A stretch of 64,000 bases of DNA, taken from the IMG/VR virus record IMGVR_UViG_3300045988_154953. One strand, given 5' to 3'. The notes below the pieces were generated by a model. That model worked only from the letters and a program-made list of their open reading frames with translations. It made no database searches and was not told the origin of the DNA. Each line of letters begins with the position of its first letter. The first letter of the stretch is position 1. The DNA comes from a virus. A program made the position numbers and the translations under genes. Below, in pieces: positions 1 through 9,481 of this stretch.

Positions 1-2
1 AA

Positions 3-530
3 GGCTTAGATAACTTAGAGGAAGAAATAAAGAAAAATAATTGTAATTGGGTATCTATCTCTGGTGGCGGTGATCCACTGTGGAATTTCGAACGAAATAG
101 ATTTTGGTATTATAAATTTGCTGCGATTATTACTGGATTGGATGTTAATATTGAACTGCATACAAGTATTATTAATCCGCCTTCTTACATTGCATTATTT
201 AAAAGAATAGTTTACCATTTACATAATTTTGAACAATTATCATTAATTTATCGTTTGAATGATGAAATAGTTAGAGTTGTATTCGTAGTCACAGAAGACT
301 TTACAGAAGAATTAATCGACAAAATAGCAGCATTTTGTAAAGAATCTAAACAAATTGATGAACTCAGTTTTAGACAAATGGTTGATGATAACTATCAGAA
401 CACAGATTATTACAGAGATTATTTACGAGCTGGCCATCAAAAGGATTGGTGGTACATAGAACAATGTGATTACAATTTATATTACTGTGAGAACAAAATA
501 TATACAGAATACAGAATGATTGGAGAGTAA
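3..530 (+). CDS. radical-SAM-like protein, C-terminal part (5' end lies outside the window)
   Basis: The reading frame is open from nt 3 straight into the 138..530 ORF (..NCNWVSISGGGDPLWNF..). GGGDPL resembles the GGE/SAM-binding strand of radical SAM enzymes. Function is tentative. Confidence 0.4.
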   Translation, partial: GLDNLEEEIKKNNCNWVSISGGGDPLWNFERNRFWYYKFAAIITGLDVNIELHTSIINPPSYIALFKRIVYHLHNFEQLSLIYRLNDEIVRVVFVVTEDFTEELIDKIAAFCKESKQIDELSFRQMVDDNYQNTDYYRDYLRAGHQKDWWYIEQCDYNLYYCENKIYTEYRMIGE

Positions 531-532
531 AC

Positions 533-1369
533 ATGATAAAAATTGATGACGAGATTGTACAGATTGAAAAGTTTCCAGATGGTACACCTAGAATTAATAT
601 TGATACGAACGATATTTTAGAAAAGTATAATGTTGGTTGCGGATTTATTATAATCACATGGTTGTATGAAAATGATGCTGAGATGTTCTATCTGTTATTA
701 GTTAAGAAACACCTTGAAAGATTTTTTACTAATGTTGATTACTATTTATATCTTTCATATATACCAAATGCGAGGATGGATAGAACTAAATCAAATGATG
801 AAGTCTTTACATTAAAGTATTTCTGTGACTTTATCAATTGGTTAAAATTTTCTGTTGTTTATGTATTAGATGCTCATAGTGATGTTTCAGTAGCATTAAT
901 TAATAACTGCTTCAATGAAAATCCAAAGACTTATATCAATAATGCGCTTACTATAATCGCAAATAATGATATAATTCTATATTTCCCTGATGCTGGTGCA
1001 GCTAAACGCTACTCTGGATTATTCCCAGAGATTCCTTATTGCTATGGTGAGAAGAATAGAGATTGGAAAACAGGTAAAATCCTTGGACTTAACGTCAGAA
1101 CTAATGGTATTAAGCTTAAAGGAAAAGATATTCTGATTATTGATGATATTTGCAGCTACGGTGGTTCAATATTTTATAGTGCTAAAACATTAAAAGAACT
1201 TGGTGTTAATAAAATTTATGCTTATGCAACACATACTGAAAATTCAGTTCTTGACCATGAGAAAGGTACACTTATTAAATCATTAGAAGATGGTACAGTA
1301 GAATGTCTATTTACAACCAATAGTTTATTTACTGGTAAGCATAACAAAATCAGTGTTATGGAGGTTTAA
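533..1369 (+). CDS. ribose-phosphate pyrophosphokinase (Prs) family protein; candidate ADP-ribose pyrophosphokinase of a NARP1-type NAD+ reconstitution pathway
   Basis: Prs-like motifs are present: LSYIPNARMDR, DAHS and the PRPP-binding loop ILIIDDICSYGGS. It directly abuts the Nampt-family gene. Confidence 0.75.
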   Translation: MIKIDDEIVQIEKFPDGTPRINIDTNDILEKYNVGCGFIIITWLYENDAEMFYLLLVKKHLERFFTNVDYYLYLSYIPNARMDRTKSNDEVFTLKYFCDFINWLKFSVVYVLDAHSDVSVALINNCFNENPKTYINNALTIIANNDIILYFPDAGAAKRYSGLFPEIPYCYGEKNRDWKTGKILGLNVRTNGIKLKGKDILIIDDICSYGGSIFYSAKTLKELGVNKIYAYATHTENSVLDHEKGTLIKSLEDGTVECLFTTNSLFTGKHNKISVMEV

Positions 1370-1370
1370 A

Positions 1371-2840
1371 ATGAATAATATCTCATTTATGTTGATGGCA
1401 GATACATATAAAAATACAAATCCAGATGCAATGCCTCAAGGATTAACAAAATTAACATCATATATTACACCGAGAAAATCTATGTTTAAAAATATTGATA
1501 AAGTAGTTTTCTTTGGTTTACAGGGATTTATTAAAGAATTCTTGATTGATTTGGTGAATGATTCTTTCTTTAATAGAGATAGAAAAGAAGTTCTTAATGA
1601 ATATAAAACATACCTTGATGCACAGATTGGTTCTCATAGTTATGATATCCAACGAATCGCAGATTTATATGATTTGGGATATCTACCAATTGAGATGAAG
1701 GCGCTGCCAGAAGGTTCATTAGTATCAATGGGTGTTCCATGTATCGAACTTACAAATACTCATCCAGATTTTGCTTGGGTTGTGCAATGGATCGAATGTA
1801 TATGTCAGTCAGAAACTTTTGGTACATGTAATTGGGCTACTATGGCTCATGAGTATCGTAAATTAGCAAATGTATTCTACAACAAAACAACAGACTCTAA
1901 TCCTGCAATGGCAATGGCCGATTTTGGATTTAGAGGACTTGGTGTAGATAATGGTATTAGAGCTAGTAGTTCATGGTTGCTGTCATTTAACAAAACTTCT
2001 ACAATCCCGGCAATGCAGTATATTGATAAAATGTATTCTGCAGAATGCGCTAAAAATCATATTGGTATTGGTGCTGTAAGTCTTGAACATGCAACAGTTT
2101 GTGCTAATCTTGCTGTATGTGAAACAGAAGAAAATCTATTAAGAAGATTACTTACAACAGTTTATAAAGATACTTCGTTTAGTTACGTTTCTGATACATT
2201 CGATTACTGGTCTCTTATCAATGATACTCTCCCTAAACTTCGAAAAGAAATTGAAGAACATAATGGTAAATTCCTTGTTCGTCCAGATAGCGGTGATATT
2301 GTAGATATTTCTGTTAAAACAGTACAGAGATTATGGAAAATTTTTGGTGGAACAGTCAATCTAAAAGGTTATAAAGAATTAGATCCTAAAGTTGGCATCA
2401 TTTATGGTGATGGTTGTCAATATGAGAAAATTAAAGAAATTTGGACAAAGCTTGAAAGTTTAGGTTTTGCTGCAAATACAATTCTTTTTGGTGTTGGTGC
2501 ATTCTCATTTACAGCTATGTGTACTCCAGATGATGGTATGGTTTGTCTCACAAGAGATACATTTGGTTTCGCAATGAAAAGTACAGATTGTGTAATAGAT
2601 GATCGTGAACATACTATCCAAAAAAATCCTAAAACTGATCAGAATCATCTAAAAAAATCGCATAAAGGTTTATGTTGTGTAACAAAAGAAGATGATAAAT
2701 TTGTTTGTCATGATGGTTACACATCCGAAACCATTCCAGAAGATAATCTTCTTACAACAGTATTTAAAGATGGAAAACTTGTACGAGAAGATATATTTAT
2801 AAATATTCGTAATAGATTAAATGGAGAAAATGATGATTAA
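1371..2840 (+). CDS. nicotinamide phosphoribosyltransferase (Nampt/NadV) family protein; possibly the Namat partner of NARP1
   Basis: Nampt-family motifs are present: GFRG, LVRPDSGD and IIYGDG. A GGAGG RBS lies 8 nt upstream of the ATG at 1371; the track ORF starts at 1353. Confidence 0.8.
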   Translation: MNNISFMLMADTYKNTNPDAMPQGLTKLTSYITPRKSMFKNIDKVVFFGLQGFIKEFLIDLVNDSFFNRDRKEVLNEYKTYLDAQIGSHSYDIQRIADLYDLGYLPIEMKALPEGSLVSMGVPCIELTNTHPDFAWVVQWIECICQSETFGTCNWATMAHEYRKLANVFYNKTTDSNPAMAMADFGFRGLGVDNGIRASSSWLLSFNKTSTIPAMQYIDKMYSAECAKNHIGIGAVSLEHATVCANLAVCETEENLLRRLLTTVYKDTSFSYVSDTFDYWSLINDTLPKLRKEIEEHNGKFLVRPDSGDIVDISVKTVQRLWKIFGGTVNLKGYKELDPKVGIIYGDGCQYEKIKEIWTKLESLGFAANTILFGVGAFSFTAMCTPDDGMVCLTRDTFGFAMKSTDCVIDDREHTIQKNPKTDQNHLKKSHKGLCCVTKEDDKFVCHDGYTSETIPEDNLLTTVFKDGKLVREDIFINIRNRLNGENDD

Positions 2841-3360
2841 AATTATAGACGGTGATTTATTTAATACGAATGCTAAGTTCATCTGTCATCAAGTAAATTG
2901 TCAAGGACAGATGAATTCCGGTGTAGCTTTACAAATTAAACAGAAATATCCACATGCATACGAAGAATATATAAAACTTTTAAATCAAACATCTGGTGAT
3001 GTACTTAGTAAGATTCAAATCATACCAGTTAAATCAGAATATTTAGAATATGATTGTGGTAGTCTTGCGGTTCCATATACTGAGCAGTGGATTTGTAATA
3101 TGTTTGCTCAAGATAAATATGGTTATGATGGAAAAATGTATACATCTCTAGAAGCATTACAGAATTGTTTTACTCAATTGTATTGGCTTACATGTGAGAG
3201 GAATAATAATTTCAATGCTAAAATTGCTATGCCTTATGGGATTGGTTGCGTAAGAGGCGGAGCTGATTGGAACGTAGTATATAAAATGATAGAGGATACG
3301 TTCGTTAATAGAGAAGTAGAATTGTGGAGGTATGATAAAGATAATAGTAACAGAAGATGA
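2821..3360 (+). CDS. macrodomain protein (TARG1/OARD1-like ADP-ribose binding or hydrolase)
   Basis: IIDGDLFNT..FICHQVNCQGQMNSGVALQIKQKYP matches the GDLF / HC.s.d..MGaGIA..FK.kfP pattern of TARG1-like macrodomains. The start is ambiguous (2821, 2830 or 2833). Confidence 0.7.
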   Translation: MEKMMIKIIDGDLFNTNAKFICHQVNCQGQMNSGVALQIKQKYPHAYEEYIKLLNQTSGDVLSKIQIIPVKSEYLEYDCGSLAVPYTEQWICNMFAQDKYGYDGKMYTSLEALQNCFTQLYWLTCERNNNFNAKIAMPYGIGCVRGGADWNVVYKMIEDTFVNREVELWRYDKDNSNRR

Positions 3361-3967
3361 AATTGGAAAAATATATGGATGTTATAAAGTAATAGGTATT
3401 GCTAACGATAGAATTTCTCCTCAAGGTCAAATTAAAAAGTATTATAAATGTAAATGCATAAATTGTGGAAATACAAAAGAACTTAATGCTTATAAGGTTC
3501 GCCATAACAATTATAAATATTGTGAAAAATGCAGACCGAAACATAAAGAAACAAAAACTAAAATTGGGAAAAAATTTGGTCATTTAACTGTAGTTGAACG
3601 AGCAGATAATTATATTCAACCAAACGGTTCTATAAAAGTTGTATGGAAATGTTTATGCGAGTGTGGAAATACAATTAATGTTACGGATACACATTTAAAA
3701 TCTGGCCATACAACAAGTTGTGGTTGTTTTCACAAAAAGATAATGCAGGATTTTTTAATAAAAGATATTAGCGGTCAAAAATTTGGCAAATTGACAGTAT
3801 TGGAAAAAGCATATATAAAAAACGGGAGACAGTATTGGCATTGTAAATGTGATTGTGGGAAAACTTGCATTGCATATACGACATCTTTGTTATCTGGGAA
3901 AAGAAAATCCTGTGGTTGCCTCATATCTAAAGCAGAATATGAATTAAGTTTATATTTAGACAAATAA
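3332..3967 (+). CDS. zinc-ribbon repeat protein, probable N-terminal part of a frameshifted homing-endonuclease-like gene
   Basis: There are three repeats of FG.LTV....W.C.C.CGN....L.SG...SCGC (YKCKCINCGN, WKCLCECGN, WHCKCDCGK). The ORF ends at a TAA that one nt shift would bypass. Confidence 0.6.
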   Translation: MIKIIVTEDEIGKIYGCYKVIGIANDRISPQGQIKKYYKCKCINCGNTKELNAYKVRHNNYKYCEKCRPKHKETKTKIGKKFGHLTVVERADNYIQPNGSIKVVWKCLCECGNTINVTDTHLKSGHTTSCGCFHKKIMQDFLIKDISGQKFGKLTVLEKAYIKNGRQYWHCKCDCGKTCIAYTTSLLSGKRKSCGCLISKAEYELSLYLDK

Positions 3968-4064
3968 TATTCCATATGAATCACAATATAAATTTGACGA
4001 TTGTAAAGATATAAGATGTTTACCTTTTGATTTTGTTATATTTGATAAAAATAAAAATATAACA

Positions 4065-4298
4065 ATGGCTATCGAATTAAATGGTGCACAACATTATCAT
4101 CCTTTTACATATTCCAATGAAGATAAAGTAACTCAAATATTGAATTTAAAAGACAGGCAGAAAAAAGATAAAATTAAACGAGATTATTGTCTCAAAAATA
4201 ATATTCCGTTATTAGTAGTTAAATACACAAACTTTAATAAAAAAGAAGAACTTTTTGATAATTTCTATAAAAATATTGTAGGGGAAAAATATGCATAA
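4065..4298 (+). CDS. PD-(D/E)XK (DUF559/Vsr-like) nuclease domain, probable C-terminal part of the same split gene
   Basis: The frame is open from 3960 (..NNIPYESQYKFDDCKDIRCLPFDFVIFDK..AIELNGAQHY). The PFDF..AIE.nG.QH pattern is typical of restriction-endonuclease-fold domains. The first ATG is at 4065. Confidence 0.55.
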   Translation: MAIELNGAQHYHPFTYSNEDKVTQILNLKDRQKKDKIKRDYCLKNNIPLLVVKYTNFNKKEELFDNFYKNIVGEKYA

Positions 4299-5037
4299 CT
4301 TTAACGTAAAAAATGTGACAGATGATGTTGTTAAATGGGTTAAAAATTTATTTGAAAAAAACTTTCCTGAAAAAAATTGTTGCATTGCTTTATCTGGAGG
4401 GAAAGATTCTAGTGTTGTAGCCGCTATTAGTGTGAATGCATTAGGGAGAGATAAGGTTAAAGCTATAATGTTGCCGCAGCACGAACAAGCAGATATTGAT
4501 TATAGTATTTTATGTGCAGAACATTTAGGAATTGAATACAAAATTATTAATATTGGAGAAACTGTAGATTCTATTATATCTGAAATGAAATCCAACGGAG
4601 TAAATATTACAGAACAAGCAATTACTAATGTTCCTGCAAGAATACGAATGGCAGAATTGTACTTCTATGCTCAATGTAACAACGGCATTCCCAGTTGTAA
4701 TTGCAATCTTTCAGAAGATTGGGTTGGATATGCAACTTATGGTGGTGATGGATTTGGATCTTTTGCACCATTGTCAAATCTTACTGTAACAGAAGTCAAA
4801 GCAATTGGCAGAGAGCTTGGACTTCCAAAAGAACTGATTGAAAAAATACCAACAGATGGCTTATGCGGGAAAACAGATGAAGATAACCTTGGATTTACAT
4901 ACGATGTACTGGATAAATATATCAGAACCGGTAAAATTGACGATTTGTCAGTAAAAGAAAAGATTGATTCTATGCATGAAAAGAATCTGTTTAAGTTACA
5001 ACCAATGCCATACTTTAAATATACGCCAAATAATTAG
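4291..5037 (+). CDS. nadE: NH3-dependent NAD+ synthetase
   Basis: It has the PP-loop ALSGGKDSSVVAA. The 248-aa size and overall layout are typical of NadE. Confidence 0.8.
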   Translation: MHNFNVKNVTDDVVKWVKNLFEKNFPEKNCCIALSGGKDSSVVAAISVNALGRDKVKAIMLPQHEQADIDYSILCAEHLGIEYKIINIGETVDSIISEMKSNGVNITEQAITNVPARIRMAELYFYAQCNNGIPSCNCNLSEDWVGYATYGGDGFGSFAPLSNLTVTEVKAIGRELGLPKELIEKIPTDGLCGKTDEDNLGFTYDVLDKYIRTGKIDDLSVKEKIDSMHEKNLFKLQPMPYFKYTPNN

Positions 5038-5052
5038 TCCAGGTAGTTTATT

Positions 5053-5253
5053 ATGACAGAAGAAAAGTTTAAGAAATGTAAAGATTTAGACAATGATATA
5101 AGAATAATGAACAAACTTTTCGAAGAAAGAAACTATTCAAATTATGATCTTCTTGTGAACATTGCACATTTTTCTTCGAGGTTTAAAGATGAATTTTTCG
5201 AGTGGTTAGATGAAACACAACGAAAATATATGAAAGAATTCAAGGAGTTATAA
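5053..5253 (+). CDS. hypothetical protein
   Basis: ORF in the operon, tightly packed with its neighbours. Confidence 0.55.
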   Translation: MTEEKFKKCKDLDNDIRIMNKLFEERNYSNYDLLVNIAHFSSRFKDEFFEWLDETQRKYMKEFKEL

Positions 5254-5445
5254 ATGACTATAACAAATGTATTGTTTGTAATGATTATGACATTGTTCAT
5301 ATCTTCAGGTATCGCAACAATTATTATTGAACTTTTTTATGAAGACGAAAACGTAATCGCGTTGTTTGGCTTTGGAATAACGGGAAATCTCATAGCGTTA
5401 GTTTTATATGTAATAAGAGGAATGTATGAAAGATTTAAAAATTAA
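5254..5445 (+). CDS. small membrane protein (two predicted TM helices)
   Basis: It has two hydrophobic stretches, and its ATG abuts the stop codon of the previous gene. Confidence 0.55.
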   Translation: MTITNVLFVMIMTLFISSGIATIIIELFYEDENVIALFGFGITGNLIALVLYVIRGMYERFKN

Positions 5446-5905
5446 AAAATATGAAAAACCTTTAGATATAATAATTCATAAAATTGATTATTCTGAGGGT
5501 GGAAAAGAATCTGATGTATATTGGATGAATCAAGGATTAGGTAATGCACATACTCATGGAATGGGGCAATATGGTTTTATTGATATATGTTTAGGTATAG
5601 ATTTAGAAGAAAGAAGAACATACTTTATTTTGAATACGATTTGTGAATTAATTTGCGATCCAAATGAAGAATTTGATTTTTCAGTAAAACATATTGTTTA
5701 TGACAAAAATGATGAGATACAATTTGAATTCCATTTAATTCCAGCATTTTGTTATAATGAACCAAGTTTTTTAGTTATACTCGCTGATGAAGATGGTCAT
5801 TATCCAACTGATTTAATCTGTAAAGAACCTTATAATTTACAATACGTAAATCATTGTGATATTGAAATAATCCATAAAAATTACATGTATAGCTGCAATA
5901 ATTGA
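5426..5905 (+). CDS. hypothetical protein (weak DUF4262-like pattern)
   Basis: ORF in the operon. NAHTHGMGQYGFIDICLGIDLEE loosely resembles the DUF4262 core. Confidence 0.5.
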   Translation: MKDLKIKKYEKPLDIIIHKIDYSEGGKESDVYWMNQGLGNAHTHGMGQYGFIDICLGIDLEERRTYFILNTICELICDPNEEFDFSVKHIVYDKNDEIQFEFHLIPAFCYNEPSFLVILADEDGHYPTDLICKEPYNLQYVNHCDIEIIHKNYMYSCNN

Positions 5906-5921
5906 TTACAAGGAGAAGAAT

Positions 5922-6578
5922 ATGATTAAACTATTTACTCATAGTGACAGAGATGGACAAGGGTGCGCTGTTTTAGCTAAATTAGCTTTTGAAGACAATG
6001 TAGACATTGAATATTGTAACTATGACGATATTAATGATAAAGTAAAAGATTTTTGCGCTAATTATTGTAGAGATAGAAACGTTAGAGAAAAATATGAACA
6101 TGTTTATATTACAGACATTTCTATTACAGAAGAATTAGCTAGAAAAATAAATAATTTATCTCTATTTGAACATATCACATTATTAGACCATCATCCCACA
6201 GCTTTAAAATTGAATAAATTCAGTTGGTGCAAAGTTTCTGTTGATAATTCAGAAGGATTAAAGACATCTGGTACAGAATTGTTCTACCAGTGTCTACTTT
6301 CAACAAACTGCTTTTCTGATAAATTAAAAAGCAGTGAATACTTGAAAAGATTCGTTGAATTGACAAGGGATTATGATACCTGGAGATGGACAACTCTTGG
6401 TGAAAACGGGCTTATTTGTAAACAGTTAAATGACCTGATGTACATTTATGGTATGGATAACTTTACTGATTGGTGTATAAAAGGAATATTAAATAAATCA
6501 TTTCCTAGATTATCATTAGAAGATCAAATTGTTCTCAGTATTAGACAGCAGGAGATTGAAAATTTATTTAGGAAATAA
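5922..6578 (+). CDS. DHH-family phosphoesterase, DHH domain only
   Basis: Motifs THSDRDGQG (DHH motif I/II-like) and LLDHHPT (the DHH motif) are present. No DHHA1 domain follows. Confidence 0.6.
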   Translation: MIKLFTHSDRDGQGCAVLAKLAFEDNVDIEYCNYDDINDKVKDFCANYCRDRNVREKYEHVYITDISITEELARKINNLSLFEHITLLDHHPTALKLNKFSWCKVSVDNSEGLKTSGTELFYQCLLSTNCFSDKLKSSEYLKRFVELTRDYDTWRWTTLGENGLICKQLNDLMYIYGMDNFTDWCIKGILNKSFPRLSLEDQIVLSIRQQEIENLFRK

Positions 6579-6637
6579 TGAGTATAAAAATGAAATTATT
6601 CAACAACTGGATTAAAGCCACAGTATAGAGGTGTAAC

Positions 6638-7900
6638 ATGAAAAGTAATATTTTTATTCCAAAAACGATTAATGTTGGATATCAAAATCGAAATGATACA
6701 TATACTGGTAAACTTGCTTATGTTATTTATTACGATGAGAAAGGTAAGTTGAGAAAAGAGACATCTTGGAATAGTTGGCGTAATAAAGATATTCCAAATG
6801 ATGAGTTTGAAAATGTTCCAACTGAAGGTTTTGTTCTCAATAAGAAAGCAGGTGATTACTCTACAGGATGGGATCACAGACATGCATATTGCAGAGTATA
6901 TGACCCAAGAGGATTTGAATTTGAAATTACCATTGAGAATTTATTGTACATTCTTGAAAATGCAACTTGTATTCCAGGCAAAGGATTACAAGGCGAATTT
7001 GTGTATGGATGGGATGGTACAGATTTAGTTCTTATGCCAGTTGTTGCACCTGACTATAAGCAAATCGCAGCTTATAACAAGATTGTGCATAATAACGAAT
7101 CTATAAAGACAAGGGACTTGCTTCTAGGTGCCACATATCTTACGAAAGAAAATACTGAATGGATCTATATGGGACGTTTTGAAACATATGGATATGGATA
7201 CAAATTTGTGCAAGATGGTAAAATTATGAGAACTAAGCGATACAGTGATCTCCCGACAGAAGGAAGTTATATGGGACGCAAAGTAATTTCTCATAAAAGT
7301 ATTAACAATCTTCCATATGGGAAGATGCATTGGTTCGCAATATTATACAATGATAAATATGTATTTGAGCAATTCAAAAGTGTTCCTAAAAATAAACTTA
7401 TCAGTTGTGTTGATGATAAATGCACTTCTAAATATTCTGAAATCTATGATGAAATGGAATCATCTTATCAGTTTTCTCCAATAGATGACAGTAAGGATAA
7501 AATCATAAATATTCCATTTGAAGATTTTTATGCAAAAGCAGTTAATACATACGTATATGACGATGAAACAAGAAAATATGTTGATGTGCAGTTTATGGCT
7601 AATGCTAATGGAGAATACACCAAATATGAAATGAGAACGCCATATAGATCAGAAGATAATGGTAAATATATTGTTTATAAATATAGAAAAACAAATATGT
7701 ATTATGGTGATGAAGAACTTATTGATATCTTCCCGACACAAGAGAAGGAAGTAACAGATTCTTATGGAATAAAGAGAATAGAAACGCATATGATTCCAGT
7801 TTCTATTGAAACAGTTTTTGAAAAATTAAAGCCAGTGTGCAAACAAAAATATTTAGCAAATGGCAGGGAATATAACAAGGAGTTTTTGTTTAATGAGTAA
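6638..7900 (+). CDS. hypothetical protein
   Basis: 420-aa ORF preceded by an AGAGGTG RBS. No motif was recognised. Confidence 0.7.
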   Translation: MKSNIFIPKTINVGYQNRNDTYTGKLAYVIYYDEKGKLRKETSWNSWRNKDIPNDEFENVPTEGFVLNKKAGDYSTGWDHRHAYCRVYDPRGFEFEITIENLLYILENATCIPGKGLQGEFVYGWDGTDLVLMPVVAPDYKQIAAYNKIVHNNESIKTRDLLLGATYLTKENTEWIYMGRFETYGYGYKFVQDGKIMRTKRYSDLPTEGSYMGRKVISHKSINNLPYGKMHWFAILYNDKYVFEQFKSVPKNKLISCVDDKCTSKYSEIYDEMESSYQFSPIDDSKDKIINIPFEDFYAKAVNTYVYDDETRKYVDVQFMANANGEYTKYEMRTPYRSEDNGKYIVYKYRKTNMYYGDEELIDIFPTQEKEVTDSYGIKRIETHMIPVSIETVFEKLKPVCKQKYLANGREYNKEFLFNE

Positions 7901-8309
7901 AAATGATGATAGAATTTTAGAACTAAAGAAGCAGATTGATGAAAAGAAAAAACTATTGGCAGATAAAAATACAAGATTTGTACCAGAGACAAATTGCGTA
8001 TTAACGATGAATAAAAATAGTACAAATATTAATGTGTGTTCTAACGAAGAATTGAAGTTGCTATTAATTTCATTGAATGCATATTTAATGTCCGCAAAAG
8101 ACCTTGGTATGAACGACTTCGAAATCTCTGGATATAGCGTAACATCATGGATCAAAGATATTAAAAATAAATTAGATATTTTTAATTTGAAGAAACAGCA
8201 GTCAGATTTGAAAACAATGGAACAAAAGCTAGATAAACTTCTTTCTGATGATAAGAAAACTGAGCTTGAATTAAATGACATTGCTGCGCTGTTAAAATTG
8301 GAGAAATAA
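7893..8309 (+). CDS. hypothetical coiled-coil protein
   Basis: The ATG at 7893 lies 10 nt after an AAGGAG RBS and overlaps the upstream stop codon. The track start at 7860 is less likely. Confidence 0.6.
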   Translation: MSKNDDRILELKKQIDEKKKLLADKNTRFVPETNCVLTMNKNSTNINVCSNEELKLLLISLNAYLMSAKDLGMNDFEISGYSVTSWIKDIKNKLDIFNLKKQQSDLKTMEQKLDKLLSDDKKTELELNDIAALLKLEK

Positions 8310-8391
8310 TATGACCAAAAATAAAGAAAATTTTATATTCTGATGGAACGATAAAATTATATGAAAGTGGTGATTTGACTTGAATCCTATT

Positions 8392-8547
8392 ATGTATTTA
8401 ATAGTTATTGTGGATGCTATTATAGTTTGGTTTCTATTAACGATTGTGTTTAAACCATTAGGATCAATTATTTCTAAGATATGGGATGACACATCTAAAA
8501 CATTAAATGAAAAAGAAGAGAAAGAAGAGGATAACAAGAATGGCTAA
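8392..8547 (+). CDS. small single-pass membrane protein (below the ORF-track length cutoff)
   Basis: It translates as MYLIVIVDAIIVWFLLTIVFKPLGSIISKIW... An alternative TTG start at 8380 follows GTGGTGA. Its stop overlaps the ATG of the SPFH gene (ATGGCTAA). Confidence 0.4.
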   Translation: MYLIVIVDAIIVWFLLTIVFKPLGSIISKIWDDTSKTLNEKEEKEEDNKNG

Positions 8548-9481
8548 AAGAAAAGGATTAATCGGTGGCGTTGGATTGGCAGTATTAATCATTGGTGGTT
8601 TGTTTGTTGGAATTTCCTGTACAGAGAAAATTCCGGCGGGTTATGTCGGTGTAGTTTATAACTCACTAAACGGTGGTGTTGATGGAGAGGTTATCACACA
8701 GGGATGGCATCTCGTATCACCTACAAAGAAAGTCACTACATATTCAATCGGTATTGAACAGTCTTATCTCACATCAGAAGAGAAAGGTGATTCGCCAGTT
8801 GACGAAAGTTTTTCAACACCAACATCTGACGGTAAATCATTAACAGTTGATTTGGAATTTTCATACAAGTTTGATCAGGATAAGATCGCTGATACATTCA
8901 TAAAATTCAAGGGGCAATCTGGAAACACTGTTAAAGATACATTTATTAAACCTAAGATGAGAGCTTGGACACAGGAAGTTACAGCAAAATATCCTGTTAC
9001 TGATGTTTTTGGTGATAAGAGACAGGAATTAAACGAAGCACTTGATGTGTATCTAAAGCAGAAGTTTGAACCATATGGTATTATTATTGACACTGTGAAC
9101 TTCACAAATATCTCCACTGATTCAGAAACTGCAGAAGCAATTCAGAAGAAAGTTACAGCGCAGCAGGAATTAGAACTGGCAACTATTGAAGCTAAAACAG
9201 CTAAAGTACAGGCAGATAAAGACAAAGAAGTAGCTCTTATTGCAGCTGAACAGGAAAAAGAAAAAGCAGCTATTGTTGCAGAGCAGAAGAAAATTCAGGC
9301 AGAAGGCGAAGCACAGGCTACAAAGATTAAAGCTGATGCAGAAGCAGAAGCAAATGTAAAGATTGCTAAATCACTTACACCGGAGCTGATTGAAAAGCAG
9401 AAGATCGAAAAATGGAATGGTTCTGTTCCTACAGTCCAGGGTAGTTCAACACCTATTGTCAATATGAGTGATGATAAATAG
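8540..9481 (+). CDS. SPFH/band-7 (prohibitin/HflC-like) membrane protein
   Basis: It has an N-terminal TM helix, GYVGVVYNSLNGGV..ITQGWHLVSP typical of SPFH domains, and an Ala/Glu/Lys-rich coiled-coil tail. MAKRKG at 8540 is the likely start; the track starts at 8507. Confidence 0.75.
   Translation: MAKRKGLIGGVGLAVLIIGGLFVGISCTEKIPAGYVGVVYNSLNGGVDGEVITQGWHLVSPTKKVTTYSIGIEQSYLTSEEKGDSPVDESFSTPTSDGKSLTVDLEFSYKFDQDKIADTFIKFKGQSGNTVKDTFIKPKMRAWTQEVTAKYPVTDVFGDKRQELNEALDVYLKQKFEPYGIIIDTVNFTNISTDSETAEAIQKKVTAQQELELATIEAKTAKVQADKDKEVALIAAEQEKEKAAIVAEQKKIQAEGEAQATKIKADAEAEANVKIAKSLTPELIEKQKIEKWNGSVPTVQGSSTPIVNMSDDK

Noticed and set aside
8292-8537. 81-aa minus-strand ORF between plus-strand genes
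   Set aside because: It is antisense to the small membrane ORF and to the start of the SPFH gene, within an otherwise uniformly plus-strand operon.
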